Shown: positions 38,646-54,286 of the stretch, piece after piece
Layout of the letters: each line of letters starts with the position of its first letter
Numbering within the stretch: the first letter of the stretch is position 1
Source of the DNA: Anaeramoeba ignava BMAN
Lineage: Eukaryota; Protista; Anaeramoebae
Length of the DNA stretch: 64,000 bases
Direction: 5' to 3'
Assembly: GCA_028826165.1 (NCBI GenBank)
Contig: JAPDFW010000063.1
Location: 186,001-250,000 of the forward strand
Notes under the pieces: model-generated
What the model was told of the DNA's origin: nothing
Databases searched by the model: none
The model's input: only the letters and a program-made list of their open reading frames with translations
Program-made: the position numbers and the translations under genes

Positions 38646-41430
38646 TTAAATCAAATAATTAATTGCTTGTTGAGTATCTCCCTTTGCCTTTTCCAAAGCA
38701 ACAATATTCTTTTGGATATCACTAAATCCCATATCAGCCAAATCCCTCAATTGCTGAGCATATTTAACTCTTGGATCTTCAGGAATGTTCTGTTGATTAG
38801 AATCAACTTTGTTCTCTTTCATCTGCTTCAAAAGAGCCAATTGTTGATTCAAACTCATCAAAAATGAATTTCCATATTGATTTTGGACTTCATAAGGAAA
38901 GTTTGCCAAGCCAGGAATATTTGGGACAATTTTGTGGAGATACATAAACTCAAGAAGCTGAAAAGGAAGCTCATCAAAAAGAGCAGCAGCGAGTTTTTGA
39001 GGGTCATTTTTGAACATATTAAAAGGAACAAAATTAACGATATCGCGCGCCATTTTGGTTCCATTGCGATGAATAAGCGGATTTTCATCAGCATCAAGAA
39101 GCACCATATCGGAGAAGTCTTCGTTGCCGACTCCGACGATGACGATACTGAGCGGGAGCATTGTTGCCTCGACGATTGCATCGATAGTGTCTTGGAGATG
39201 AGGCGTCTGACCACGCGTGACAGTGCCGTCAGTTATAATCAAAAGGAAGAAGTAATTCTGGTTCATTTGCGTGACGTTTGTGTTCGCCATACGACTTGCA
39301 TAACGAATCACTGCGTCGAAGGTTGTTGGTGCTGATAGTTTCACACTTGTGAGTGCTTCTTTATATGCCTGAGTAACCCCCTTAAGTTTCCGGCAATCTT
39401 GTCCCGAATTTAACGGAAAACAATGTGAAACACTTGATGACCCCCGAGGTATCCCCCCAAATCCGACAACTGAAACGTCCTTTGCTGTGTAGTCAAGAAG
39501 AATCTTGCTCGTTGATTTGATTGTCTGTATATATTGATTCATAAAATCGGGTTGGTTTTGTGGAAAATAATGCAAACTAGTTGGTGAAGTGTAATTTCCG
39601 TTCGAAACAGTAAAATCAATAGCAACAATTAGTTTCATTTTGCAGCCGTTTCTGATATAAGACAAAACCGTTGGTGGTGGCATTTGGAAATTTTGGAAAT
39701 TTTGATAATTTTGATAATTTGGGGGATAGTTTGGATTTGGGGGATAATTTGGGTTTTGATTTGGATTCGGATTTGGATAAATTTGATTTGGTTTTTCAAC
39801 TGGCGGAACATAATTTGGATTTGGTTTTTGAATAGCCTTCATTTCCGCAAGTAATAAAGTTCCTGAATTTCTATAATTTGTCTCATTCTTTCGTTGAACG
39901 TCAACCAGTTCATATTCTTTTTGTCCTTGACTTGCTAGTTGTTGATATGTTGTTTGGAATCCTCCAATATAATCCGGTGCTCGTGTTGGTGATGCTGAAT
40001 AAACTGCAATGAATAATACTCGATTTGGATCGTTGTTGCATAATCGTTGAAGTGAGATTTCAACTGGATTCCAATGTGGGTTTACTTCGTCTGGAATAAC
40101 CTCTGATTGATAACATGGTATTAATCCTTGTTGATCAACTTTGGCTCTTGAAATTTCATAGAAAGAAGCTTTTAAATTTAAAATTCATTTATAAAATTAA
40201 AATTAATTTATAAATTTAAAATCATAATTAAAATTCATTTATAAAATTAAAATTCATTTTGAATTTAAAATTCATTTATAAAATTAAAATTCATTTATAA
40301 AATTAAAATTCATTTATAAAATTAAAATTCATTTATAAAATTAAAATTAAAATTAAAATTCATTTAAAATTAAAATTAAAATTAAAATTAAAATTAAAAT
40401 TTAAAATTAAAATTAAAATTCATTTATAAAATTAAAATTAAAATTAAAATTAAAATTAAAATTAAAATTAAAATTAAAATTAAAATTAAAATTAAAATTA
40501 AAATTAAAATTAAAATTCATTTATAAAATTAAAAATTATTTACCAAGTTTATATCCTTTTCTTTTGGCAATATTTCTTCCATAAAAAGAAATATTAAGAA
40601 ATGTATCATATTGTTGAACAGGACCAAGTTCTTCAATAAAAATCAAAACTTTTGCATTTCCTGGTCGACTATTTGGAATTCTAAAATAAATTTAAATTAA
40701 AATAATAAATTTAATTTAAAATAATAAATTTAAATTAAAATAATAAATTTAAATTAAAATAATAAATTTAATTTAGAATAATAAATTTAAATTAAAATAA
40801 TAAATTTAAATTTAAAATAATAAATAATAAATTTAAATTAAAATAATAAATTTAAATTAAAATAATAAATTTAATTTAAAATAATAAATTTAATTTAAAA
40901 TAATAAATTTAATTTAAAATAATAAATTTAATTTAAAATAATAAATTTAAATTAAAATAATAAATTTAAATTAAAATAATAAATTTAAATTTAAAAAAGA
41001 GAAAGAAATTGTTATTTTTTTTATTTTTAAAATTTATTTACTGAAGTGTTTCTTGAAATTCAACATTTCCAGCAAATTTACTTGTTCTTATTTCTACAAA
41101 TCCAACAAGTACTGATTTAGTAACATCTTCTGTATTTTCTGTATCACTTGAATAAATTTCTATTCTCAATTTTTGTGCTGACTTTTTTATTCAATTTAAA
41201 AATTCAATTTAAAAATTCAATTTAAAAATTCAATTTAAATTTACATTGAAATAATAATCAATAACAAATGATCTTTCAAATTTTGGATAAGAAATTCTTT
41301 TTGGTTCAGTTTTTCCAAAAGAAAAATAACCATTATCTTTAATTTCTTTTAATTCTGCAAAATAATAAGGTTTTTTTGGTGGTAAAGCATGACAAGCTAA
41401 AGAAATTTCAATTTTTGAATCTGGTTGCAT
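38646..41430 (-). CDS. Copine (C2-C2-vWA) with Pro/Asn/Gln linker and C-terminal UBA domain, 4 exons
   Basis: KIEISLACHAL (C2A); CYQSEVIPDEVNPHWNP...RLCNNDPNR (C2B); LIVAIDFTVSNG, FLLIITDG, LPLSIVIVGVGNEDFSDMVLLDAD, RDIVNFVPF (vWA); YAQQLRDLADMGFSDIQKNIVALEKAKGDTQQAINYL (UBA). Confidence 0.92.
40170..40995. repeat. Two copine intronic arrays: (TTAAAA)n/AAAATTCATTTATAAAATT and ~19-bp AAAATAATAAATTTAAATT
   Basis: Arrays at ~40170-40540 and ~40685-40995 flank a short exon. Confidence 0.9.
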
Positions 41431-41664
41431 TTAAAAATAATAAAAAGAGAAAAAAAAGGAAAAAAAAATGAAAAAAATTTTAATTAAAAAAAAAAAAAGC
41501 AAAAAAAAAAAACAAAAGGAGAAAAAAAAAAAGAAGAAAAAAAAATTTTAATTGTTTTTTGTTTTTTAATTTTTCATTTTTTTCATTTCTTTTCTTTTAA
41601 AAAAAATAAATAATAAATTCTTAAAAAATTTTATTAAAATCTTTTAAAAATTAATTTAATTAAA

Positions 41665-43912
<2,248 letters not shown>

Positions 43913-44113
43913 GAGAAAATAATTCAAAATAAAAAACATTAAAAGAAAAACAAAAAAAAAACACAAATCAATCCAAAAAAATAAATCAAATCTTTTTCCT
44001 TTTCAAAAAGAATATTTCATCTCTTTTTTTTTAACTCAAAAAAAAAAAAAGAAATAAAATCCAAAATTATTTTTTTCATTTTTTTTTCATTTCTTTTTAT
44101 TTCAAAAATTAAA

Positions 44114-46342
44114 ATGAATTCAATTTCTGTATTTATAAAAAAAAAAAAGAATTTAAATTCAAAATTAAATTAAATTAAATTAAATTAAAATAGACTTATA
44201 ATCCAATTGGTCTTCCATTAAAATATGGTTTTCTTGCAAAACAAGTAAAAAAGAAAAAATTATATTTATATTTTTTTTTAAATTTAAATTTTTAATTTCT
44301 AAAAAAGTCAGGAAATCATAAAAGATGGAAAAAAAGATTTTTCATTTTAAAAGATGAATATTTATATTATTTTAAATCAAGAGTTGTAAGAGAAAAAAAA
44401 ACCAAAAAAGAAAATGAATTTAAAATTAAAAAATAAAAAATAAAAAGGATGAAATTCCTTGTTTTGAAATTTCTTTAAAAAATGCAGAAATTAAAAATGA
44501 TCCAAATCCAAAAAATACAACAATATTTATGATTTTTCCAGAATCTAAAGAACAAGAAACAAAAGAAAAATCTTTGTAGATTTTTTTATTCTATTTTATT
44601 TTTCCAAAAATTTTTAATTATTAATTAATTTATTAAAAAAAAAAACCAAAGTTTATCTTTATCAGCAAAAACTCAAGAAGAAAAAGAAAATTGGATAAAT
44701 TCTATTGAAAAAGAAATTAGAAAAGGTAAAATGTTTAATTTTTTAATTTATAATTTTTTAATTTATAATTTTTTTTTAGCTTCTAGAAAAGTTATTGGTT
44801 CATTAATTAATGATGTTATTAAATTAAGAAATGATGGGAAATTAATACCAGAAATTATTGAAAAAATTATTGAATTTTTAAAAACAAATGAAAATGAAAA
44901 CAAAAGTAAAAATTTTAAAAGAATTTTAAAAGAATTTTAAAAATTAAATTAAAAAACAAAAAAAAAGTTCTTGAAACTGAAGGATTATTTACAAAATCAT
45001 TTCCAGAAGAAATTAAAGAATTAATCACAGATCTTAATAGATGTAAAATATAAAGAAAAAATCAATCATTTCATTTCATATTAAAATTTATTTTTATTAT
45101 TTTTTTAGTAAAATCAATCCAATTAGAATCAATTAAAAATCCTCATTTAATTATTGAATTATTAATAACCTATTTTAAAGAACTTCCTGTTCCACTTTTA
45201 ACTAATGAATTTTATGATGAATTTAAAGAAGAACTTTGTATTTTTTAAAAAAAATTTTGTAAAAAAAATAAATAAATTTATTAATTTATTAAATTAGCAA
45301 ATGACAAAAAAGAACTTATTCAAAGGTTTATTGATTTCTTTGATAAATTATCTTTTCCAGTTTATGAAACTTTAAAATATTTAATTGAATTTCTTGAATA
45401 TATTACTTTAAAAACAAATCGTTTTACTGTTGAATTTATTAGCAAAGTAAATTATTTTTTTATTTAATTTTTTAATTTCAAATTTTAATTTCAATTTTTG
45501 AAGATTTTTAGTAAAATTTTATTTTCTCAAGAAAACAAAACGGAAAAAGAACAAGAATTTCAAGATCGTTTAATTGAATTTTTTATTCAAGAATTTGGAG
45601 AAATATTTGTAAAAAAAAAATTCAGAAGAAAATTTAAATTCAATTAAATGAAAAAATTTTTATTTTTTGTTATATAAAGGTTTGTCATAATAATTCTGAA
45701 TTAAAATTTGTTAGAGCTATTCATAATTATGTTCCACAAGGATGGAAACAATTATCACTTGAGGAAGGAGAAGTATTTTAATTAAAAAATTTTAATTCAA
45801 AAATTTTAATTCAAAAATTTTAATTCAAAAATTTAATCAAAAATTTGAAAGATTATTCAATTAATTAGAACTCATTCTTCAGGTTGGTGGGTTGGTAAAT
45901 TAAAAGGAAATGTTGGTTTATTTCCCTTTAATTATACTCAATTTTTAACTGAAGATGAAAAAAAAGAAGAAAATCAAAATTTTAATCAAAAAAGTGATTA
46001 TGAATTGAATAAATTAACAGAACAAAATGAATCAACAGAATTGGAATTATGTATAGAACAAGCACAAGAATCAAATGAAAAACTTGAAGAAATTGCTGAT
46101 TATTATCACAAACACAAACAAGATATTTCAAAGTAAATTTTATTCACAAAATATTTTAATTTTTAATTTTAATAATAAAAAATAATTTTTTTATTTTTAG
46201 GGAAAATTTAATTCAAATTTTATCTTTTTTAACAAATGAAGTTAAAACTTTGGAAAAGCAATTAGAAAAAGAAACAATGGAAAGAACAAAACTTCAAGAA
46301 AAATTATTAAGATTAACAAATGAACAATTACTTGAAAAATAA
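44114..46342 (+). CDS. PH + RhoGAP-like + SH3 + coiled-coil protein, many short introns
   Basis: KYGFLAKQ-SGNHKRWKKRFFILKDEYLYYFK (PH); LIPEIIEKIIEFL, EGLFT, YFKELPVPLLT (RhoGAP); VRAIHNYVPQ...LSLEEGE...SGWWVGKLKGNVGLFPFNY (SH3). Confidence 0.85.
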
Positions 46343-46423
46343 AAAAAAATTTCAAAAATCATTTTTTTTCATTTTTTTTTTCATTTTTTTAAAAAAAAAC
46401 ACAATTTACAAAAAAAAAGGAAA

Positions 46424-49400
46424 ATGATAAAAGGATTAGCTTGGACTTTTTTTAGCATTTTTGCTTTACTTTCAATTATTATTTGTTATTTTATTATTAA
46501 ATATTATCATTCAAAAAAATTATCAAATGGTTTTTCAACATTTATAGCAACATTTTCACTTGTTCTCCCACTTCTTGTAAATTAAAAATAAAAACAAAAA
46601 CAACAACAAAAACAAAAATAAAAACAAAAACAAAAACAACAACAAAAACAAAAACAAAAACAAAATCAAAATCAAAAACAAAAACAAAAACAAAAACAAA
46701 AACAACAACAAAAACAAAAACAAAATCAAAATCAAAAACAAAAACAAAAACAAAAAAAACAAAAACAAAAACAAAAACAAAAACAAAAACAAAAACAAAA
46801 ACAAAAACAAAAACAAAAACAAAAAAAAAACAAAAACAAAAACAAAAGAAAAACGAAAGAAAAAAAATTTTTTTCAATAAAAATTTAATTAAAAATTCGA
46901 AATTAAAAACAACAACAATTTTAATAATTAATTTAATAATCAATTTAATAATTAATTTAATAATTAATTTAATAATAAATTTAATAATTAATTTAATAAT
47001 CAATTTAATAATAAATTTAATAATTAATTTAATAATAAATTTAATAATAAATTTAATAATAAATTTAATAATAAATTTATTAATTAATTTAATAATAAAT
47101 TTAATAATCAATTAAATAATTAATTTAATAATAATTAATAAATTTAATAATAAATTTAATAATAAATTTAATAATAAATTTAATAATAAATTTAATAATA
47201 AATTTAATAATAATTTAATAATTAATTTAATAATAAATTTAATAATCAATTTAATAATCAATTTAATAATCAATTTAATAATAAATTTAATAATAAATTT
47301 AATTAATTTAATAATAAATTTAATAATTAATTTAATAATTAATTTAATAATAAATTTAATAATAAATTTAATAATCAATTTAATAATTAATTTAATAATA
47401 AATTTAATAATTAATTTAATAATTAATTTAATAATTAATTTAATAATAAATTTAATAATAAATTTAATAATTAAATTTAATAATCAATTTAATAATAAAT
47501 TTAATAATTAATTTAATAATCAATTTAATAATCAATTTAATAATAAATTTAATAATAAATTTAATAATAAATTTAATAATAAATTTAATAATTAATTTAA
47601 TAATAAATTTAATAATAAATTTAATAATTAATTTTATAATTAAATTAATTATTTAATTAATAATAATTAATTTAATAATAAATTTAATAATTAAATTAAT
47701 AATAAATTTAATAATAAATTTAATAATCAATTTAATAATAAATTTAATAATAAATTTAATAATTAATTTAATAATCAATTTAATAATTAATTTAATAATA
47801 AATTTAATAATTAATTTAATAATTAATTTAATAATTAATTTAAAAATCAATTTAATAATTAATTTAATAATTAATTTAAAAATCAATTTAATAATAAATT
47901 TATTATTAAATTTAATAATTAATTTAATAATTAAATTAATTATTTAATTAATAATTAATTTAAAATTCAAAATTCAAAATTCAAAAATTCAAAATTCAAA
48001 ATTCAAAATTTAAAATTAAATTAAATTTAATTTATAAAATTGAAAATTAAAATTAAAAAGTGCTTCTGGATTTTACCAGTTGATGTTTACTCACTTACAT
48101 CCAAATCATTTGATCACACTTCGTTGAAATATGGATATTATATTTTATTTGGGATAATCTTAGTATTCATGTTTATCTTAATACCATTTGCATATTTTTA
48201 TTCTGAAGACAAAGGAGACGAACAAACATCACAAAAATCAAGAATAGTTTGGGCATTGATATACACAACAATCACCTTTATAGTGATTATGGTTTTATTT
48301 CTAATAGGATTGTTAGCTCAGCCAGGATCAACACCACAAAAAAACGAAAGTTGGTCAAAATCAATTTTTAATAATGAAACAAAAGGAGATTCAGCAATTA
48401 TTTTTAGTATTGCTTGCTTGCTTTTTATTTCGTACTTTGATTTCATCAAATATACTAGTTATGGAATTTCTATGTTTCCAATTTCATTGATTATGAAAAA
48501 GAATATTAAATATCAAAAAGAGGATGTTGAAAACCAACAGAAAATAATCACAGAAAGACTTCAAGCAATTGAAGTGAAATACGCAACTTCGGGTAAAAAA
48601 ATGAGTAGAAGTGATAGAGGTCAAAAAAAACAACTTATTGCTGAACAAGAAAGACTCAGTTTATTTTCAAAGGAAATTAAAATCAAATCAGATAATTGTT
48701 GTATAACTTGTTGTGATAAATTGAAAGTTTTCTCAAGAATTTTTGGTGTTTTATTCGCAATTATTTCTTTATTTTTGATTATTTGCTTTTTGATTACAAT
48801 TATTGAACAAATTTGGAAATCAAAATGTGGGATAAAATGTGGTTTTCTTTTGGAAAAACCTACTAATAATCCTTTTGATAAATTGATGGTTGTTTTAGGT
48901 AAACATTTCCCTTTAGATTTTATTTTGTTGATTTTAGTTGGTGCTTATTTGTTTATATGTTCTTTTTATGCAATCACACGTTTACAAACAAGATTTTTAA
49001 TTTGGAAAGTAAATTTATTTAAAATTGATTTAAAATTAATTTAAAATTGATATAAAATTGAATTAAAATTGATTTAAAATTGATATAAAATTGATATAAA
49101 ATTGATTTAAAATTGATTTAAAATTGATTTAAAATTGATTTAAAATTGATTTAAAATTGATTTAAAATTGATTTAAAATTGATTTAAAATTGATATAAAA
49201 TTAATATAAAATTTATATAAAATTTATATAAAATTGATTTAAAATTGATTTAAAATTGATTTAAAATTGATATAAAATTGATTTAAAATTGATTTAAAAT
49301 TGATATAAAATTGATATAAAATTGATTTAAAATTGATTTAAAATTTATTTAAAATTGATTTAAAATTGATTTAAAATTTATTTAAAATTGATATAAAATT

Positions 49401-50942
49401 GATATAAAATTGATTTAAAATTTATTTAAAATTTATTTAAAATTGATTTAAAATTGATTTAAAATTTATTTAAAATTTATTTAAAATTGATTTAAAATTT
49501 ATTTAAAATTTATTTAAAATTGATTTAAAATTGATTTAAAATTGATTTAAAATTGATTTAAAATTAATTTAAAATTAATATAAAATTAATTTAAAATTGA
49601 TTTAAAATTTATTTAAAATTTATTTAAAATTGATTTAAAATTTATTTAAAATTTATTTAAAATTGATTTAAAATTGATTTAAAATTGATTTAAAATTGAT
49701 TTAAAATTGATTTAAAATTGATTTAAAATTGATTTAAAATTGATTTAAAATTGATTTAAAATTTATTTAAAATTGATATAAAATTGATTTAAAATTGATA
49801 TAAAATTGATTTAAAATTGATATAAAATTGATATAAAATTAATATAAAATTAATATAAAATTGATTTAAAATTGATTTAAAATTGATATAAAATTGATAT
49901 AAAATTGATTTAAAATTGATTTAAAATTGATTTAAAATTGATATAAAATTAATATAAAATTAATATAAAATTTATATAAAATTGATTTAAAATTAATATA
50001 AAATTGATATAAAATTGATTTAAAATTGATTTAAAATTGATATAAAATTGATTTAAAATTGAATTAAAATTGATTTAAAATTGATATAAAATTGATATAA
50101 AATTAATATAAAATTAATATAAAATTGATATAAAATTAATTTAAAATTGATTTAAAATTGATTTAAAATTGATTTAAAATTGATATAAAATTGATATAAA
50201 ATTGATATAAAATTGATTTAAAATTTATTTAAAATTAATATAAAATTGATATAAAATTGATTTAAAATTGATTTAAAATTAATATAAAATTGATTTAAAA
50301 TTTATTTAAAATTGATTTAAAATTAATTTAAAATTAATATAAAATTGATATAAAATTAATATAAAATTGATTTAAAATTGATTTAAAATTGATTTAAAAT
50401 TGATTTAAAATTGATTTAAAATTGATTTAAAATTGATTTAAAATTGATTTAAAATTGATTTAAAATTGATATAAAATTTATTTAAAATTGATTTAAAATT
50501 TATTTAAAATTGATATAAAATTGATTTAAAATTTATTTAAAATTGATTTTTTTAGATGTTCTCAATTTATCCACATCAAACACTCTCTCAAGGATTACTA
50601 TTATTAGGAATGTTTTTAATGGGAATAACATTAATAATTATGTTTGAAATGATGACATTAGCTCCACAATATTCAACATTTGGATCCAAAAAAAATTCAT
50701 CAGGAAATAATTGCACAATTAATGATCCAGAAGATGAATGTCCACACAGTCAAATAAGCATTATTTATTCAAGAATAGTCGGTAAAATGCCTTTCTTTTC
50801 AGTCGTATTTTATATCTTTAATTGGATTTTTAGTACTTTCTCTGTTCTTTACTTCTTTTATGGTTTCTTTAAAAAAAGAAAACTTCAATCTCAAGAAGAA
50901 AGAGCTGATTATGAAATTCTTTCAGATAACGATATAAATTAA
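46424..50942 (+). CDS. LMBRD1: LMBR1-family membrane protein, LMBRD1 (lysosomal cobalamin transport escort)-like, 3 exons
   Basis: ILPVDVYSLTS; YGYYILF...IPFAYFYSE; YTSYGISMFPISLI; CGIKCGFLL...NPFDKL...FPLDFIL; TLSQGLL; LAPQYSTFGS; introns 46577-48060 and 49009-50555. Confidence 0.85.
46580..47960. repeat. Compound intronic array: (AAAAAC)n then 12-bp TTTAATAATAAA
   Basis: Fills LMBRD1 intron 1. Confidence 0.95.
49012..50548. repeat. Intronic 11-bp array (TTAAAATTGAT)
   Basis: Fills LMBRD1 intron 2; unit is the reverse complement of the 33205-33570 unit. Confidence 0.95.
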
Positions 50943-51054
50943 ATCATCTTTAAACCAAAACTTTTAAAATCGTTTAATAACTAAATTTTAAATTTTTTTT
51001 TAAAGGAAAATTTAATAAAAATCAAACCAAAAAAATTAATCAAATATTTTGAAA

Positions 51055-52537
51055 TTAAATGAAATAAGTCTCAAGTTCATCAACAACCCATTTATTATAA
51101 GAACCAGTTAAATAACTTTTAGCTTCATTTGTATTATATTTAATTCCATTAGGAAGATTGTAATTATTGCCAAAATGTGAATAACCAGGTTGAAAAATTG
51201 GATTTATATAAATATCGGCCATATTTCCAAAAGATGGACCAGCATCTAAATGATAATAAACAGAATTTTCTTCTCGACTTTTTTTAATTGGGAATTTCTC
51301 TGGTTTTCTATCTCCTTTATCATTTCTTAATGAGAAAATAAACGCATTTGAATCTGGAATCCATCCATAAAAATGTTCTCTATCTTCTTTTCTCCATTTT
51401 GATTTATCAGTTGTCCATCCAATTTCAGTAAATCCTCCAAAAATAAAATTATCTTTTGTTTTGATAATAACTAATGTTTTTCCTTTATTATCGCATTTTT
51501 CATGCCAATTTTTAGAATTGAATCCATCTTTTTGGCTGAAAATCCTTTTTTCATTTTAGAAAAAAAATCATTATCATTTATCCATTCTTTTAATTTCTTA
51601 ACATATTCTTTTTCTTGAATAATTTTTGAAGTATGTATATTTAATCTTCTTTTGAAAATTAATGAATTTTCTTTTTCTTTTTTTTTTCTTTTTCTTTTTC
51701 AATAAATTGATTTAACTTATTTTCATCTTTTTTATTTTGAAGTTTTTGGAATTGAATTAATTTTTGTGAAATTTGTTTTGGAATTAAATCTTCTTTCAAA
51801 GTATCTTTAAGTTCTTTTTTTGAAAAATCAATAAATCTGATTTTATCAATAACATTTGAAATTTGATTTTGTAATTTTTCTTTTTCTTCTTTTTCAAGTT
51901 TTTGATGAATATTTGATTTGTGTTTTCCCCATTTTATTATTGATTGGAATAGTTCAAATTCATTTGTTGAAACATCATCACTTGATAATATTGAATTTAA
52001 ATGATTTTCTTCAAGTTCAAGAAAAAATGAAGTTTTGATAAATTCTTCAAAATTATCTAAAATAAATTGATAAGAAGAATCCAATAATTGATTGAAGTTC
52101 ATTGATTCAGATAATTTAAGAATATCAACAATAGTTTCAAATTGTAAATTGTTTTTGATAAAATTTGAACAAATTTCAATTAATTCATCAATTAAATATT
52201 TTGATGAAAAAACTAAAATTTCAATAACATTTTCTAAATTAATTTCAATTTTTCCTGAATAAAAATAATTCAAAATTGAAAATAGAATTGAACTTGAAAC
52301 ATCTTTTAGAATTAATTTATTTTCTTGATATTCTTTCATTTTAGATTTAAAAAGGGATTTAAAATAATGACTTCTTGAAGAAAGAATTGATTTATGAGTT
52401 TTAAATGAAGTTTTATTTTGTTCACAAATTATTTCAAAATCAAAATAACTTTCTTCTTCTTTTTGATTTTGGTTTTGATTTTGAAATAAATTTTGTAAAT
52501 CATTTGAAAGTTTTTCTAAATTTGAATAATTTTCCAT
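51055..52537 (-). CDS. BTB-BACK-TLDc protein; one frameshift near 51660-51700 in a poly-A run
   Basis: FDFEIICE...FKTHKSILSSRSHYFKSLF (BTB); FLELEENHL...EFELFQSIIKWG...IRFIDF (BACK); second frame KGFSAKKDGFNSKNWHEKCDNKGKTL...FIFGGFT...WVVDELETYFI (TLDc). Confidence 0.8.
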
Positions 52538-52538
52538 T

Positions 52539-52905
52539 TTATTTAAAAATGAAAAATGAAAAATGAAAAATAAAATTTTGATTTTTAATTTTGATTTTAA
52601 ATTTATTAATTAATAAATCAAATAAATTTGGATTTGTTTGATTTAATTGAAAATAATCAATTCCAATTTTAATTTCATCAATTATTTCTTGTGTAATTTT
52701 AATTTCATCTTTAATTTGATTTGAATAAATCCAATATTCAAATATTTGAAATGATTTATTACTTAATTCACTATAATCTGTAACTTTATTTGATTTATCA
52801 TTTGTTACAGATAAAAACATTCCTCAATATAATTCACTTCTCGTTATTAATATTAATTTAAGAAATTTATATTGTTTTTCTTTTCTTTCAATTATAAAAT
52901 CTTTT
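52539..52905 (-). pseudogene. 3' fragment of RCC1-BTB family gene
   Basis: KDFIIERKEKQY...SELY*GMFLSVTNDKSNK: contains an indel and an in-frame TGA; homology ends at ~52905. Confidence 0.85.
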
Positions 52906-53810
52906 TAATTAATTTATTTCAAAAATGGAATAAAGAATATTAAATAATTAAATTTAAAATTAATTTTATTTTATATATTTTATTAATATTTATTTATTTA
53001 AAATAATATAAAATTATTCTCAATAATTTAAATAAAATTAATAAAATATTTTAATTAATTTATTTCAAAAATGGAATAAAGAATATTAAATAATTAAATT
53101 TTAAAATTAATTTTATTTTATATATTTTATTAATATTTCTTTTGTTTAAAAATAATATAAAATTATTCCCAATAATTTAATAAAATAAATAAAATATTTT
53201 TATTAATTTATTTCAAAAATGGAATAAAGAATATTAAATAATTAAATTTAAAATTAATTTTATTTTATATATTTTATTAATATTTCTTTATTTAAAATAA
53301 TATAAAATTATTCTTAAAAATTTAATAAAAATAGAGAAAAATATTTTAATTATTTTAATTAAGAAAAATTGGAATTTTAAAATAATATTAAATAATTAAA
53401 TTTAAAATAATTTTATTTTTATATATTTAATTAATATTTATTATTCCAATTTTAATTTAATAAAAATATATTAAAAAGTGGAATAAATATTTTAATAAAT
53501 ATAAATATTTAATTTTAATAATAATTTAATATTAATTAAATTTAAATTTATTTTATTTTAATTTGATATAATATTTTCATTTATTATATTAATATTTTTA
53601 ATTATTTATTATTTCAATTTTAATTATAATAAAAATATATTAAAAAGTGGAATAAATATTTTAATAAATATAAATATTTAATTTTAATAATATTTAATAA
53701 TAATTTAATTTAGATTTATTTTAATTTTAATTTAATATAATATTTTTATTTATTAACTTAATATTTTTAATTATTTATTATTTCAATTTTAATTATAATA
53801 AAATATATTA
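52903..53810. repeat. AT-rich minisatellite block: ~148-bp unit x3-4, then ~170-bp unit x2
   Basis: TTATTTCAAAAATGGAATAAAGAATATT at ~52913, 53060 and 53208; ATTAAAAAGTGGAATAAATATT at ~53470 and 53639. Confidence 0.8.
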
Positions 53811-54286
53811 AAAATAAAATTAAAAATTAAAAATTTTAAATAAATTGAATTTAACATGATTGAATAAGATAAACTTTCTAAAAAAAATAATTTACTAATT
53901 ATTCTATTTTTGATTTTGATTATAATTTATTAATATTTAAATAATTAATTAATAATAAATTTTATTTGATTTTTATTTTAATATTTTAATTAATGAATTT
54001 AAATTTAATTATTATTAATTTCTATTTTCAATTTTTATTTTTATTTATTATATTAAAAATATTCAATTTTTAAAATTTATTATTTTTTTTTTGGATTATT
54101 TTTATTAATTAAATTTTTAATAAATATTTTAAATTAAAATTAGATTATTTAAAATTAAATTTGTTTCTTTTCTTATTTATTATTTTAAAGAAATTAATTT
54201 GATTAAAAGTAAATTAAAATTGAATTAAATTTTGAAAAAAAAAAATTAAAAAAAAAAAGTTTGATTTTCTTATTATTAATTAATTT

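Noticed and set aside
38858-39335. Overlapping antisense and alternate-frame ORFs in copine, and at 3048-3971
   Set aside because: Shadow ORFs arising in locally GC-richer exons, with no recognisable motifs
52903-53400. Regularly spaced repeats resembling a CRISPR array
   Set aside because: Whole units repeat with no unique spacers, context is eukaryotic and no cas genes are present
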